A stretch of DNA of 63,988 nucleotides, filler included, from Welwitschia mirabilis (Eukaryota), in the NCBI GenBank assembly GCA_051453625.1. It is 7 parts of one record of this genome, joined end to end, with 100 filler letters (N's around TTAATTAATTAA, not from the genome) between each part and the next. Parts side by side here need not be neighbours in the genome. Positions count along the whole stretch, not along the records: positions 24,554 to 47,919 come from JBOZIK010000001.1; 6 more parts are not named here. One strand, given 5' to 3'. This document shows, one piece after another, positions 24,554 through 39,607 of this stretch. The notes beneath the pieces are model-generated. The model saw only the letters and a list, made by a program, of their open reading frames with translations. It did not search any database and was not told where the DNA came from. Numbering within the stretch: the stretch's first letter is position 1; every line of letters starts with the position of its first letter. The translations under genes were made by a program, and so were the position numbers.

Positions 24554-27500
24554 TACTTTTAATAACATCATAACACCAATGATTTAATAGTCTTAAAGTT
24601 TTATTAATACTATCCATAATGAGGGAACTTCAACCATAGTTAGAAAAGTAAGAACCTCCAAAGCACAACCAATTGACCCTCTAGTGAAGTTTCCATAACT
24701 ACTAACACTGTCAAAGATGCCTCTTGAAAAAATTTACCTCAATTCAATAAGACATCATGATGACCATGTATTTTAGCATAGATACAATAGATCATAGCTA
24801 TTATTCTCTTTTCCTTTTTTTTTTTTTGGCAAAAATAACTCCCACATGATCACACACTCAAAGAAATGAAATTAAAGAAGTGAGATGAAAGATAGAAAAG
24901 AACATATCTAAACAACTAAAGACATCATACCATTAAAAAATAGCATAAAAACTAAGGCATCTTTCTTTAAAGTGAAGTTCATAGACATGCAAATGTCTTA
25001 AGATTGGATGAACCTAATCTTATTACTGTAAAATTGCCCAAGTATGAATACTAGTCATGGCAACTTCATGAAGCAAATACATAAGTTAAGTTAAAAATGA
25101 TCAAGTAATATCATAACATTCATCAAAGGAATATGCTAAGAGATAATTTAGACAATGATAGGGAGGAAGTCCTTCTCCTTAAGGGGAACCTCCAAAATAA
25201 TTTCTTTTATTATGTTCAAAGTTGCATCAAAATGTTTTTATATATTTTCAACCTTTATCTATTAACTTTCTGAATCTCTTTATTGTTTAAGTTAGAAATC
25301 TTAACATAGCCATTATAATGTAATTTCTCTATAAGATAAGGACCTAACCATTTAGAGATCAACTTGTTGTGTAAAAAATGTACTCTAGTATTGTACAAAA
25401 GAATAAGTTGACCAAGTTCAAACTTTTTATGAAATAACTTTCTATCATGTTTAAACTCAGCTTGGGATTTGTAAAAAAGTTAATAATGTATATCATATAT
25501 ATGTTTTTCATTTAAGTAATTAAGTTGGGATAATTTATTTTTAAAATTTTCATGTAGGTTTACAAGATTAAGTTGATAGAAAGAATGATAAGATTTATAA
25601 CACACATCAACTGGTAAAACACAAAATTTTCTGTACATAAGTTCATAATGTGAAAAACCTAAAGAATTACACTAAGTAGTATGGTAAGCTCAAAGAACAT
25701 TATCAAGCTTAGAAGCCCAAGATTTATTATTAATAGAGATAAGTTTTTAAACTATTTTCTTTATTTTTCTATTTGCATTTTTAGCTTGATCATTGATTTG
25801 TGCATAATAAGCATAAGCTACTCTATGTTTAATTCCAATAGATTAAAATGTTAATTAATAAAATAAGTTTCTTAATCACTAATGATAATTCTAGAAAAAC
25901 CAAAACATTGAAAAATATGAGTTCTAATAAAATTTCAAATAGTTTGGGCATCATTCATAAAAGCAAGAATAGCTTCAATCCATTTAGTAATATAATCAAT
26001 AGCCAATAAAATGTAGTTTTTATCATTATAAAGTGGTTTAATAGGGCCTATAAAATCAATTCCTCAATAATTAAAAGGTTCACATTCAAGAATACATTTA
26101 ANNNNNNNNNNNNNNNNNNNNNNNNNNNNNNNNNNNNNNNNNNNNNNNNNNNNNNNNNNNNNNNNNNNNNNNNNNNNNNNNNNNNNNNNNNNNNNNNNNN
26201 NNNNNNNNNNNNNNNNNNNNNNNNNNNNNNNNNNNNNNNNNNNNNNNNNNNNNNNNNNNNNNNNNNNNNNNNNNNNNNNNNNNNNNNNNNNNNNNNNNNN
26301 NNNNNNNNNNNNNNNNNNNNNNNNNNNNNNNNNNNNNNNNNNNNNNNNNNNNNNNNNNNNNNNNNNNNNNNNNNNNNNNNNNNNNNNNNNNNNNNNNNNN
26401 NNNNNNNNNNNNNNNNNNNNNNNNNNNNNNNNNNNNNNNNNNNNNNNNNNNNNNNNNNNNNNNNNNNNNNNNNNNNNNNNNNNNNNNNNNNNNNNNNNNN
26501 NNNNNNNNNNNNNNNNNNNNNNNNNNNNNNNNNNNNNNNNNNNNNNNAAGATGTGATAAATGATCTGCTATGCTATTATGTCTCCTTGCTTTATCAATGA
26601 TGGTGAGCTTAAATTCTTGCATAAGGAGGATGCATCTAATAAGTCTAGCACTAGAATCTTTCTTGGTCATGAGGTATCTAATAGCTACATGATTAGTACA
26701 AAAAATTTGTATTAAATCTTAAAAGATAATATCTAAGGGTATCAAGGCAAAAGATTATGGCTAACAATTCTTTCTCAGTACTAGTGTAATTCGATTGAGC
26801 TTTAGATAAAGTTTTGCTTTTGATAAGATATAACTTTAAAATCATTTTCATAATTTTATTCGAGAACCCCATTCAAGACAATATTACTAACATCACACAT
26901 TAATTCAACATCTTTATTCCAATTAGATCCCATTACAATAGGTGTGGAAGAGATCCTATTTTTAAGTGTTTCAAAAGCAAGCTAACAAGATTTATTCCAT
27001 TCAAATTCAACTTCTTTTTTAAGTAACGAGTAAAGGGATTTATAGATTTTAGCATAATCTTGAATAAAATGACAATAAAAACCATAATAGCTAAGAAAAG
27101 ATTAAACTTATTTTATATTTTTTAGAAGAGTTAGGTTTTTAATGAGACTTACTTTTTCAAGATTCATCCTAATTTCTTTACTAGAAATGTAATAACCTAA
27201 GACAATTCCATTATCAACTAGAAATAAACTCTTCTCCCAACTCAAATATAGACCATTCTTAATTCATATATCAAGGACTTTCTCTAACCTTTTTAAGATT
27301 TATTTAAAGTTTTTGCTATAGATTAAATAGATATCCATAAAAATTTCAATAGAGTCCTCTAAAATATCAAGAAAAAAATACTTATCACTGCATGTTAAAA
27401 AGTACCGGGAGCATTACAAAGTTCCAAAGGCATGCGTCTAAAAGTAAATGTTCCAAAAGGTGAAGTAAAACTTGTTTTAGCTTGATTTTCATTAGTTATA

Positions 27501-29840
27501 AAAACCTAATTGTAACCACTATATCCATTAAGAAACCAATAAAAGGCATGTCCTTGGATTCTATCAAGTATTTTAATCAAGAAGAGGTAAAAAACAATGT
27601 CCTTTCTTTGTTACTTCAATTATCTTTATAAAATTAATACACATTCTCCAGTTCTCTTATTTCCTAGGTACTACTGTCAAATGACTAATCCACTTACTAT
27701 CAGACATGGCATAAATAATTCTAGCATTTATTAATTTAATGATTTCATCTTTTATGACTTGTTTAAGGGCTACATTTAGTCTACGTTAGGTTTTTTAATA
27801 GGTTTTGCATTATCCTCAAGGTAGATTTTATGTTGAATAATGAAATTAGGAAGGGATATTNNNNNNNNNNNNNNNNNNNNNNNNNNNNNNNNNNNNNNNN
27901 NNNNNNNNNNNNNNNNNNNNNNNNNNNNNNNNNNNNNNNNNNNNNNNNNNNNNNNNNNNNTAAAATTAATACACATTCTCCACTTCTTTCTTTCCTAGGC
28001 ACTACGGTTAAATGACTAATCCACTTACTATCAGATATGGCATAAATAATTCTAGCATCCATTAATTTAATGATTTCATCTTTTATGACTTGTTTAAGGG
28101 CTAGATTTAGTCTACGTTGGGTTTTTTAATAGGTTTTACATTATCCTCAAGGTAGATTTTATGTTGAATAATGAAAGTAGGAATGGATATTAAATCTTTA
28201 TGAATCCAAGTAAATTCATTAACCTTAAAATTAAAAAAATAATATTAAATCAATTCTTATTGAGGGGAAAGACTCTTATTTATTATCAATGGTTTATTCA
28301 GATTATTGCACAAAAAGATATATTTTAATCTATTGGGCAAAGGTTTTAGATTTAAATTCATATTTTTACTTTTTATTAATTTTTTATTAGAATTGACTAT
28401 CATCTCATACTATTGTCTAGATGACAAGGATGGATGATCTCCCTCAAAATATGAAATCTCAATTATTTTTAGATGTTGGACTTCCTCATAGGTTACAGTT
28501 TTAGTTTCTTTGGTTTCCTAATTAAAATAGTTAGCTCCTAATTGTTCATAGTTGATTTCATCGTTATTGAAAGCTTTCAAGTTCTCTACTTCAAGTGGAT
28601 CATCCTACAAGTAGGTTTATGAAGCATTAACCATCTCTCTTCAAGTGGATAATGTTATAAAAATAATGTTGGTTTAATTTCTCCTTCAACATTTAACTCA
28701 TCACCCAGGTTTTTTTAAGTAGCATTAAAAACTCTAATGATAAACTTTTTATTCCTTAAGTGATACTCCATCATTCTAGTTTTTGTATCAATAATACAAT
28801 GGACTGTTATATAAAATTCTCTACCTTGAAGTAGTTGATAATATCATTATACTCAACTTCAATCACAACCACATCTATTAGATATAATACTTCCTCAATT
28901 TGAATCACCAAATCTTTTATTATTCCAAAAGGTTTCTTTACTGATGTATCTACCAATTCTAAGAAAATATGTGTAGGCTTAATTCTACTTTCCAAACTAA
29001 GTCACTAACAAATGTGTAAAGGCATAATGTTAACAATACTCTCCTATTAATTAAGGCTTTGTTTATTTTTTAATTTCCTTCTAATGTAACACTAACTATT
29101 GCTGCTCTTGGATCCTTAAATTTTGGAAATATTTGCAAAACTAATTTGGTAATAGATTAGGCTAGGAAGACTTCACTAGGTATAGTTTATTTTTGTTTTC
29201 TCCTAACTGGGTCTTTTCCCAACTTAGAATATTTAGAATTTTCTTTCAAGAGTTTCCAAAATGGTAAATTTATACTCACATCTTGCATTAAGGATTTAAG
29301 ATGATCATCAGCAGGCTTCTTACCTTTATCTTGAGAAGAATTTTCTTATTAAGATTATCACTTAAAAGAAAACAAAAAGTATGATTTTCTAAGATTTCAA
29401 CATCCTCTTTTTTCTTCATCTTTCTTATTATTTTTAGAAGTTAAAGCCTCATGGGTAGGAGGTGTTGTTTCACTTTTACTTCTTGTCACAACCTTAAAAT
29501 ATTTTCTTACTTCATTAGGGTTTAGTAAAGGTTGTGTTGTAAGTAATTATTATGGTCTTTGATTTGCAAGCATATTTTATTAAAGAACATTTTTTAGATT
29601 TTTAATGTTTGAGTTTGTATTCTCTTGAGATTTCTTAATTCATAAATGGAATTTCTAAGTGGATCATTTTGATTTTGAGAATTTGATATGCTTGCTTGAT
29701 AATTTGAGCTACATGGTTATAAGTTTAAGTTATTTGTTTAAAATTTAGCATTCTTAAATCTATTTTTAAATTGTTGGAAATTTTGATGATTTATTTGAAA
29801 GTTCTTGAATTTATTCTTAAAAGATTAAAATTTAGGTTGT
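24554..29840 (-). mobile_element. Ty3/gypsy Athila-like internal region (part of gag, PR, RT, RH, INT, 3' UTR), decayed
   Basis: Minus-strand motifs: LELVDTSVKKPFGIIKD protease region (28807-28995); IIYAISDSKWISHLTVVP RT start; FGTFTFRRMPLELCNAPGTF (about 27400-27465); KKDSSARLIRCILLMQEF RNase H (26610-26670); integrase IDFIGP and WLGPY (25340-26065). Confidence 0.92.
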
Positions 29841-30707
29841 TGATAACTCAAAAGAATGTATTTTACGATATGTTTTAAATGAAGGAAATGATGAATGATT
29901 AGCTAATATTATGATATTATTATAATATATTTTAAGTTATTATAAGCTAACTTTATGATGTAGATTAGTTAGAGAAGGATGATTACAGAGAAGGAGGCAA
30001 TTACAACAGCTGGAGAGGTGGTAGAAGAGGAAAGAAACAAACTTTCTTCTACTACACTTATAAATAGATGCATAGCAGAAGAAATAGGAATATTTTTAGA
30101 GGTTTGGAGAAAAGATGGAAATTGAATTCAAGTAAAGAGATCATAAGAGGAAAAGATGTAAAGTTATTTCTTGGAAGCTCTAGTACCTATGTGGAAAAAT
30201 AGGGGAGTAAATATTTGTACTTTTGTAAAGTAATATAAATTGCATTATTTTGAAGAGAATCTTGTGTTGTTAAAGTATGTGATTTTAAAAAGTTGCATGC
30301 TATTTATTTCCTACTCTTAATATTAATATTAGCTAGAATTAATATTAAGATAGCGTGCCAATTAGAAATAATGGATGCATATGATCTAGTTGTTCTAGTA
30401 CTTTTGTTTTCCCCACATTCCATAAACTATTGTATATAAGTAGGTTATTATCAAAACACTCTTTTTACTAAGAATAGTAATTCTTAATAAATTCCATTCC
30501 TGATTTTAAGTCTTTATTATAAGTTAAAAATAGAAAGAAAAGAAGTTTTTTAATAAAAATTTTAATGATTTAAGTCTGTGCATTATTGTGACAGGTTAAG
30601 CTACATTATGTTTCTAGTAGTTTATTAAGATTATAATTTGTTTTTAAGAATTTCATTAAATAGTTTACTATTTTAAAAGTATTTTTAGATAAATTATAGG
30701 CTTGTCA
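29841..30707 (+). repeat. 5' LTR of a plus-strand gypsy element inserted in the gag of the minus-strand element
   Basis: TGATAAC...CTTGTCA termini, TATAAATAG near 30059, and a PBS immediately after. Similarity of the host gag to 52370-52480 stops at about 29840. Confidence 0.65.
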
Positions 30708-30710
30708 TTT

Positions 30711-30727
30711 TGGTACTAGAAGTAGGA
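30711..30727 (+). promoter_or_regulatory. Degenerate PBS, tRNA-Asn type
   Basis: TGGTACTAGAAGTAGGA versus TGGCGCTAGAAGGAGGG (complement of the plant tRNA-Asn 3' end), 3 nt after the LTR CA. Confidence 0.65.
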
Positions 30728-30989
30728 AACTTCCATCCTTTTATTAGAAACAATGGAGTCCTTTTTAAGGAAAGAAATCCATGTATGATGGAGGGATGTA
30801 AGAGGATAGTATGTGCCAAACCCTAAGAAATATAAGTTAGAAGAAGAAAAGGGTGATACAGTGACAAAAAGGATTGAACCTTGTGACTCCATAAAGGATA
30901 TGAAAATGCTTAAGATATGTCAAATAAAATTACAATAGAAGTTAGACTTATTGAGACAAAATCAAAGATAAAAAGAAGTAGCACAAGGA

Positions 30990-33900
30990 CCTAAAGGATT
31001 ATATTGGGATGAATAATAAGAAGTCAATTCTGCTTCTTTATGTATTGATTAATATAAGTCTCATACACTTAACCCTATAGATCCATAGTCTTGGAGACTC
31101 TTGACAAGATAAGAAACATAAATACTACTAATATTTCAACTTTCAAAAGTAAAAAGAATGAAGAAACTATGCTATGTTTGAGCCTTTTTTATTTNNNNNN
31201 NNNNNNNNNNNNNNNNNNNNNNNNNNNNNNNNNNNNNNNNNNNNNNNNNNNNNNNNNNNNNNNNNNNNNNNNNNNNNNNNNNNNNNNNNNNNNNAACAAT
31301 ATAAGAAACATAAATACTACTAATATTTCAACTTTTAAAAGTAAAAAGAATGAAGAAACTATGCTACGTTTGAGCCTTTTTTATTTTTTTTGCAAAGTGA
31401 GATATTTAGAAATCAATTTTGACTTCTTAAGGCATTTTATATTTTCTTTAAAGGGAGATGTATAGTTATGGTTTTATAGATTTTCCGACTATACTCTTAA
31501 AACATGAAAATCTATGAGACAAGCATTTTTAAACAAGTATCAACCTGCTCGAGTTATCAAAGATTTAAGGGATCAAATCCTAAATGTTAAACAAAAGTAG
31601 CATGAAAAATTTGAAAAGTTCATGAATAGGTATTGGAGTTTTTTTAGCAAGGTATTCAAACCATAAGATAACTCCTAGAGAATGGATGAGATCCTTGTTA
31701 AGAGGTATGAAGTGATTCCTTAAGAAATTAAACATTCTTCATGAAGACAATATTAGAAATGGTAGCACTCAAGCAATCAAAGCTAGTATAGATAAATAAT
31801 TTACAGGATGAGTTAAGAATGTTCTTAGAATAAGGATAAAGGAAAAAGAANNNNNNNNNNNNNNNNNNNNNNNNNNNNNNNNNNNNNNNNNNNNNNNNNN
31901 NNNNNNNNNNNNNNNNNNNNNNNNNNNNNNNNNNNNNNNNNNNNNNNNNNNNNNNNNNNNNNNNNNNNNNNNNNNNNNNNNNNNNNNNNNNNNNNNNNNN
32001 NNNNNNNNNNNNNNNNNNNNNNNNNNNNNNNNNNNNNNNNNNNNNNNNNNNNNNNNNNNNNNNNNNNNNNNNNNNNNNNNNNNNNNNNNNNNNNNNNNNN
32101 NNNNNNNNNNNNNNNNNNNNNNNNNNNNNNNNNNNNNNNNNNNNNNNNNNNNNNNCAAAGATTTATACAATCAAGGAGGTACAAGTATTTTGAAAATTGA
32201 AGAAATAGAGAAAGAGATTTCAGATACCATCAACAACTAGATAGAGGAAAAAAACTTAAATATCCTTTCATACCTCTATAACCAAAGCCTAATCTCAAGG
32301 AAGCTAATTATAAAGCTGTTTATCTAGGTCAAGAGGAAACCACTCTTGACCTCCTAGGAGAGAGAAAGAAACCAAGGAAACTAAATGTATGATGAAATAT
32401 GGTTTAGAAGAAATGGAAATGGATTATCTTCTGTCATTTCCAATGAGAAGTAAGATAATAAAAATTTTTCCTAAAAGAAGAGAGAAAGATATTGAATACC
32501 TCTTTAAGGCTCTAGAAGATACCTCAATTACTTTATATCTAGTAAAAATACTGAAAGATATTTCCCTATACCAAAAACAAATGAAGAAGTTGTGTAGTTA
32601 AAAATAAAGTAAGAAAAAGAAGGATAAAATAAGTGAGGAAAACTAGTAAGAGAACCAACTAAAAGAGTTCAAGTTTCTTGAACCTATACCAAAGCCTTGT
32701 AGGAAAACCAAATTGAGAAATACAGTGATACTGGAATACCAGTTGTGGATATAATTGTTGAAGGTACTTGTAAAATAGAAGCTTTGGTAGACTTAGGAAT
32801 GAGTATTAATCTAATTTTTCATGATATATTTGAACAACTTGGAATCCTTCAATTAACTTCGTGTCATGGATAAGTTTACATGATAGATGGTTTTGCAGTA
32901 AAATTAGAGGAAATAATGGAAAATACTTCTATAGAACTACAAGGATTTGGATATCTGCTAGACTTAGTGGTTATGAAAATAAATGATAACACTCATCTTA
33001 TCATATTAGGGAGACCTTGGATGAAAACTAAAAATGCTACTATTTATTCTAGGAAAGGAGTAATGGAGATTAATCTAAGAGATCTAGTGTAATAAATCAA
33101 AATATCTAATGAAGTAGAAATTGAACATTCATCTACTAATAAAGGGAATAGTGCTAATATGATTCTCATGAGAGAGGTTTAATAATTATTAGTGGAACAA
33201 GAGGTTAAAAGAATAGATTACTATTTGACTATTAAACCAGAAAAAAAGAAGAGAAGCTTGAGAAACATCCTCTTGAAGAAGTTTTGAAATACATTAAAAT
33301 TCAGAAAAATAAACCTTTAATCATCAATAAAAATTTGACTCATTCTCAAAAGAGAAAATTAAAAATAATTTTAGCTAAATGAACAAATGCTTTTACTTAG
33401 ACTCATAAAGATATTTCGGGGGTATATCCTACTACCTGTCAGCATAAAATTTACTTAGATACCATAGTAAAACTTGTAAGGCAACTAGAAAGGAGATGAA
33501 ATTCTCATATGTAGGATGTAATCAAAAAGGAAATTCTAAGACTGTTGAAAGTAGGATTTGTTTACCCTATTTCTAATTCAGAATGGGTGATTCTATTAAT
33601 AGTAGTTTCAAAAATGAATAATAAATGAAGTGTGTGCATAGATTTTAGGTTGCTAAATGCTACTACCTATAAGGATTACTTTCATTTATCCTTTGTGGAT
33701 TAGGTATTACAAAACAAATTTTATCATAGGTATTACAATTTTTTGGATGAATATAGTGGATACAACCAAATTCCAATACCTCGTAAAGATCAAGCAAAAA
33801 CAACCTTTACTTATAAATTGGAACTTATGCCTTCAGAGTTTTATCCTTTGGGTTGTATAATGCTCTAGCTACTTTTCAGAGGCTAGTATAGTATATTTTA

Positions 33901-36900
33901 AGAAATGATAGAAAAGTTAGTGGAAGTTTTTATGGATGACTTCTCAACCTTTGAAAATAATTTTGAGAAAGCTTTGAAAAGACTAAAGGCAATATTAAAT
34001 CGATATGAGGAAAAGAATTTAAAATTGCATTGGTCTAAAAGCCATATTATTATGGTTGAAGGAATTGTTTTAGGCCACAAGATATCAGTCAGAGGGATTA
34101 AAAATGATGAATAAAAAATCAACATTATCAAAGAAATTCCTCCACCAACCAAACTAAAAGAATTGAGATCATTATTAGGTCATATGGGGTACTACAGAAG
34201 ATTAATAGCTAACTTTAGCAACATTTCTAAGCCATTAAGTAATCTTTTGCAAAAGAATGTAGCCTATGAATGGACCCAAAAATACCAAAAGGCCTTCCAA
34301 AGTCTTAAAGATAAGTTAATCAAAGCCCCCTATTTTACAAAACTAGATTGAAATAAAACCTTTCACATTATGACTGAGGCTTAAAATATGTCATTAGTGC
34401 TATTTTGGGTTAGAATGATGATGATCTAAAACCTATGCTATTGCTTATATCAATAAGAATATTAATTTTACCCAACAAAACTACATAATTATATAAAAAG
34501 AGATGTTATCAATAGTAGTAGCCTTAGATAAGTTAAGACACTATATCTTGAGTTATGAACTAAAGGTTCACTTGGATCATAGTGTCATATGGTTCCTAAT
34601 AATAAGAAAGAAGCAAATTCTAGAACTATAAGATGGATACTTTTAATGCAGGAATTTGATCTAAAGATTATAGACAAGAAGGAAATAGAGAATGTGGTAA
34701 TTAATCATATATCCAGGCTAGAATTCCCTAAAGAGGCTAAACAAATAGACACTTAAAATGACTTTCCTGATGATTATTTAGCAAGTTTAGAACTAGTACC
34801 TTGGTTTATAGACATTACTAACTTATTAGTAAGTAAGAAGATGCCACATTACTTAAACTATTATGAGAAGAAGAGTTTATTAAGAGAGGTAAAAGATTAT
34901 AATGAAAAAACTAGTTCATCTTCAAATTTTGTAGGGATGGTATTATTAGAAGGCGTATTACAGAGTCTAATCAAAAGAAAATTCTAAAAGTTTTTCATAC
35001 TAAAGAAGGAGGACATTATGGAGGAAAAAGAATGGCCATAAAAATTTTAAATGTGGGATACGATTGGCCTTCTTTATTCAAGGACTATTTCAATTACATA
35101 AAAGAATGTAACAAATGTTAAAGAGAAGGAACATGGTCCAAGGTGATGGAGATGCATCAACAATGGATTTAAGCCTTAAAATATTTTGATGTCNNNNNNN
35201 NNNNNNNNNNNNNNNNNNNNNNNNNNNNNNNNNNNNNNNNNNNNNNNNNNNNNNNNNNNNNNNNNNNNNNNNNNNNNNNNNNNNNNNNNNNNNATCTAAA
35301 ACCTATGCTATTGCTTATATCAATAAGAATATTAATTTTACCCAATAAAACTACATAATTATAGAAAAAGAGATGTTATCAATAGTAGCAGCCTTAGATA
35401 AGTTAAGACACTATATCTTGAATTATGAACTAAAGGTTCACTTTTTATCATATTGTCATATGGTTCCTAATGAATAAGAAAGAAGAAAATTTTAGAACTA
35501 TAAGATGGATACTTTTAATGCAGGACTTTGATCTAAAGATTATAAACAAGAAGGAAATAGAGAATGTGGTAATTAATCACCTATCCAGGCTAGAATTCCC
35601 TAAAGAGGCTGAATAAATAGACACTTAAAATGACTTTCCTGATGATTATTTAGCAAGTTTAGAACTAGCACCTTGGTTTATAGACATTACTAACTTATTA
35701 GTAAGTAAGAAGATACCACCTTACTTAAACTATTATGAGAAGAATAGTTTATTAAGAGAGGTAAAAGATTATAATGAAAAAACTAGTTCCTCTTCAAATT
35801 TTGTAGGGATGGTATTATTAGAAGGTGTATTACAAAGTCTAATCAGAAGAAAATTCTAAAAGTTTTTCACACTAAAGAAGGAGGAGGACATTATGGAGGA
35901 AAAAGAATGCCCATAAAAATTTTAAATGTGGGATACGATTGACCTTCTTTAAGGACTATTTCAATTATATAAAAGAATGTAACAAATGTTAAAGAGAAGG
36001 AACATGGTCCAAGATGATGAAGATGCATCAACAATGGATTTAAGCCTTAAAATATTTTGATGTCTATGAAATAGATTTTATAAAATCTATTAATTCAAAG
36101 TCCTATATAAAAGAATATATTATAGTATGCATAGATTATCTAATTAAATGAGCTAAAGCTAAAGTTGTTCCTAACTATTCTATTAATTCTATAGTTAAAT
36201 CATTATATAGAAATATCTTCCATCAGTTTGCTATCGCTAGGAGTATTATATTAGATAGAGGAATCCATCTCATTAGTCAAGCTTTTCAAAAGTTTTTATC
36301 TAAATATGGAGTCCATAATAAACTCTCTTTTGCTTATCACCCCCAGTCTAATGATTAAGCTGAGGTCACAAATAGGGAGTTGAATCAAATTTTAACTAAA
36401 GCAATGAATGCTAAAAGAACTAGTTGGGGCATATAAACTTACTGAAGCATTATGGGCCTATAGGATAACTTAAAGAAATAGTACTGGTATCACACCTTAT
36501 AAATTAGTTCATGGTAAGAAGGTAACCTTAACTATTAAATTAAAATTAACTTCCTATAGGTTAGCTAAACAATTAGATCATAATCTAGATAAAGCTCAAA
36601 ATAAATGTATCCAAAACATGAATAAATTAGATTAATATAGAAGGAGAGCCCTCATAAGAAAACAATTGGTTCAAAAACAAGTAAAATAATAACACAACCA
36701 TACTATTTGTAAAATTAATTTTAAAATTAGAGATAAAGTTTTGGTTTTTAATCCTTAATTCGTATCTTTTAAATAAAAGTATACTAAAAAATGGATTGAA
36801 CCATATACTTTAATGAAAATTTACTTAATGGAACAATAGAAGTACTTAATGGAGAAACTAAGGATATGTATCATGTCAATGATCATAGGATCAAGACTTA

Positions 36901-36950
36901 TACAAAAAGAGTTTCACTCTTAGAGGAGATGGGGCAAACTTACAGGAAGA
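30990..36950 (+). pseudogene. Ty3/gypsy (Athila-like) gag-pol pseudogene
   Basis: FLRHFIFSLKGDV gag (about 31425); ALVDLGMSINLI protease (about 32781); IILGRPWMKT; EVFMDDFS RT (about 33923); RSLLGHMGYYRRLIANFS; RWILLMQEFDL RNase H; GGHYGG and CNKC integrase zinc finger; AYHPQSN. 34425-35193 recurs at 35294-36063. Confidence 0.93.
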
Positions 36951-38025
36951 AAAGAATTCTACCTATATATTTTTCCCCATAATCCTATAATATTATTTTA
37001 AAAAAGAAATAAAAATATAATAAATGAATACAGTTATAAGATTTAACTTTTATAAAGGAAAATGGATGTTACTCAAATTATAAGATTTTTTTTGCTTGAT
37101 AGGTAAAAGTGCATCTCATAAGAATCAGTAAGACTTTGAGAAAGGAGAAGTTACAATTGATAAGAATGACTAAATTAGAAAACAAAATTAAGGTATTTAT
37201 GCAATCATTTATTGAAAAAAAGGGAGAGAGAAAGAATAATGTCCTACCATAAGTACACTAGAAAAAAATTTCCTAAGAGGGGCCTTTTGCAGTGTAATAA
37301 GGTAGCTNNNNNNNNNNNNNNNNNNNNNNNNNNNNNNNNNNNNNNNNNNNNNNNNNNNNNNNNNNNNNNNNNNNNNNNNNNNNNNNNNNNNNNNNNNNNN
37401 NNNNNNNAAAGAATAATGTCCTACCATAAGTACACTAGAAAAAAATTTCCTAAGAGGGGCCTTTTGCAGTGTAATAAGGTAGCTATGAGAACTTCACTAA
37501 GGGATCGGTGACCATGATCAGGGTTTATAACTCTGCAGGTCCTTATTCCTGTGGCAGTAGTTGTAATCTCCTCATTACAAAATCTTTCTTAAAATAAAAT
37601 ATTCTTTGGTTTGAAATTATAAAGAAGATAATTAGTCTCTACGAGTCATCTGAGGTATAGTTAGTTTCTAATATTTTCTTCAAATCAAATAAATAGTAAA
37701 TGTTATACAAGATATCAATATTTTGTTCCAACATTTAAAGTAGTTGTATTAATGTACCTTTATTCTACTTATCTTGGAGGAATATATTTTTGTGAAGATA
37801 AAAGAACATGACAATTAAGAAATTTTTATTTTCTAACATAGTAGAAATGAGTACTAGAATAAAGGCAGCCGAAGATTACTATATATATATATATATATTA
37901 AAAAAGAAAAAATGTAAAAACTTTTATTTAATAATCTAGATAATAATAGTCCTTATATTTTAATTTTCAAATAAAAGAGTCTCAACTAAGAAGTACATTT
38001 TTATTCTGTAAATAGGTAAACATAA

Positions 38026-39607
38026 TGTTGCAGTGCATATTTGTACAGATGATTATGCTCTTAAAAGGATCTTTTCATTTATAAATAAATATAGATTTTT
38101 CATAACATAACACACTAATATATATGAAAATTAAAATGAAACACACTAATATATATAACATGCAAGAAAAGTGAGAATTAATTTTAAGAATGAAACACTT
38201 ACGTATCTTCATAGTAGAAATAAAGAATAATGCAGAAAATAATAATGTAACAAACTTACGCAAATCAATATAAATATAATCTAAGTGCAACTTTTATTAG
38301 ATTACAAAATTAACCTATCACATGACATCAAGCCTTGTGTAACTTAGATCAGTCAAGAAATGCCGTCACTAGATCNNNNNNNNNNNNNNNNNNAGCTATC
38401 TGATACATCGAACATAATATAATACTATATAAAATTAATTTAGGAAAGAAATATAATTCACCTAAACTAATAATGCTTAATCTTAACAAGGGTTACTCAC
38501 ATAATCTATATCAACAAAAAAGCTATCACGGAAATAGAATCAACATAAACTATAAAGGATATGCACATAATGAGCATAAGAAAATAGAAAATAGTTCTTT
38601 AAGTTAGATTCGAACCAACATACATGTTGCAAAGTAACAACATTTCAATGAAGGAGGCACAACCCAATATTAAGGAAGAAATTTATCTGTAACTACAATA
38701 GATATATCTCAAACCCTTTGATCTCTTGTCATGAGAATTTTTCATGCAAACAAAGACAAGAAAGAGTCAAAGGTAGAGTTGATATTTATTAACAAAAACA
38801 AACTTATAAATAAATAAGACTAACAAGCATGGATAAAACCCTAACAACTACACAATAAACATAGAGATAAATGGCTAAAGTTAGGTAAAATTTGGTGAAG
38901 CATTATTTTAGTATCATTCTTATAGTCATTTGTATGATACAGGAGATAATTCCATCTCATAAAAATTTCATATCATTTGTCAGATGATTCCAGTCAGCAT
39001 CCTTATTGCCTTTAATTGTTCTACCATTCGTACAACCATTTGGATGATGAGGTGAATGATAGGATTTTTACAAGTACTCATGTGATTGCATTAGCCTTAA
39101 TATCTNNNNNNNNNNNNNNNNNNNNNNNNNNNNNNNNNNNNNNNNNNNNNNNNNNNNNNNNNNNNNNNNNNNNNNNNNNNNNNNNNNNNNNNNNNNNNNN
39201 NNNNNATGAAGCATTATTTTAGTGTCATTCTTATAGTCATTTATATGATACAGGAGATAATTCCATCTCATAAAAATTTCATATCATTTATCAGATGATT
39301 CTGGCCAACATCCTTATTGCGTTTAATTGTTCTACCATTCGTACAATCATTTGGATGATGAGGTGAATGATAGAATTTTTACAAGTACTCATGTGATTGC
39401 ATTAGCCTTAATATTTGCAGGAACTTCAATTTAGACAACAGATATTGCAAAACACCTTAAATGATATAAAATGTAATTAAGATTGCATGTTTTTGTATCT
39501 TTTGTCTTAGCTCTTCATTATCATATAAATCCATCATAAACATGTCTAATATCCTATAAAACTACTCAAAATATCTTATTAAATTCATATAAGTTAGCAG
39601 CACAACA
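38026..39607 (-). repeat. 3' LTR of family B, copy 2, inserted in the 3' UTR of the plus-strand gypsy
   Basis: TGTTGCAGTGC...GCAGCACAACA inverted termini, followed by tagccctccacttag (minus-strand PPT). Confidence 0.9.
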
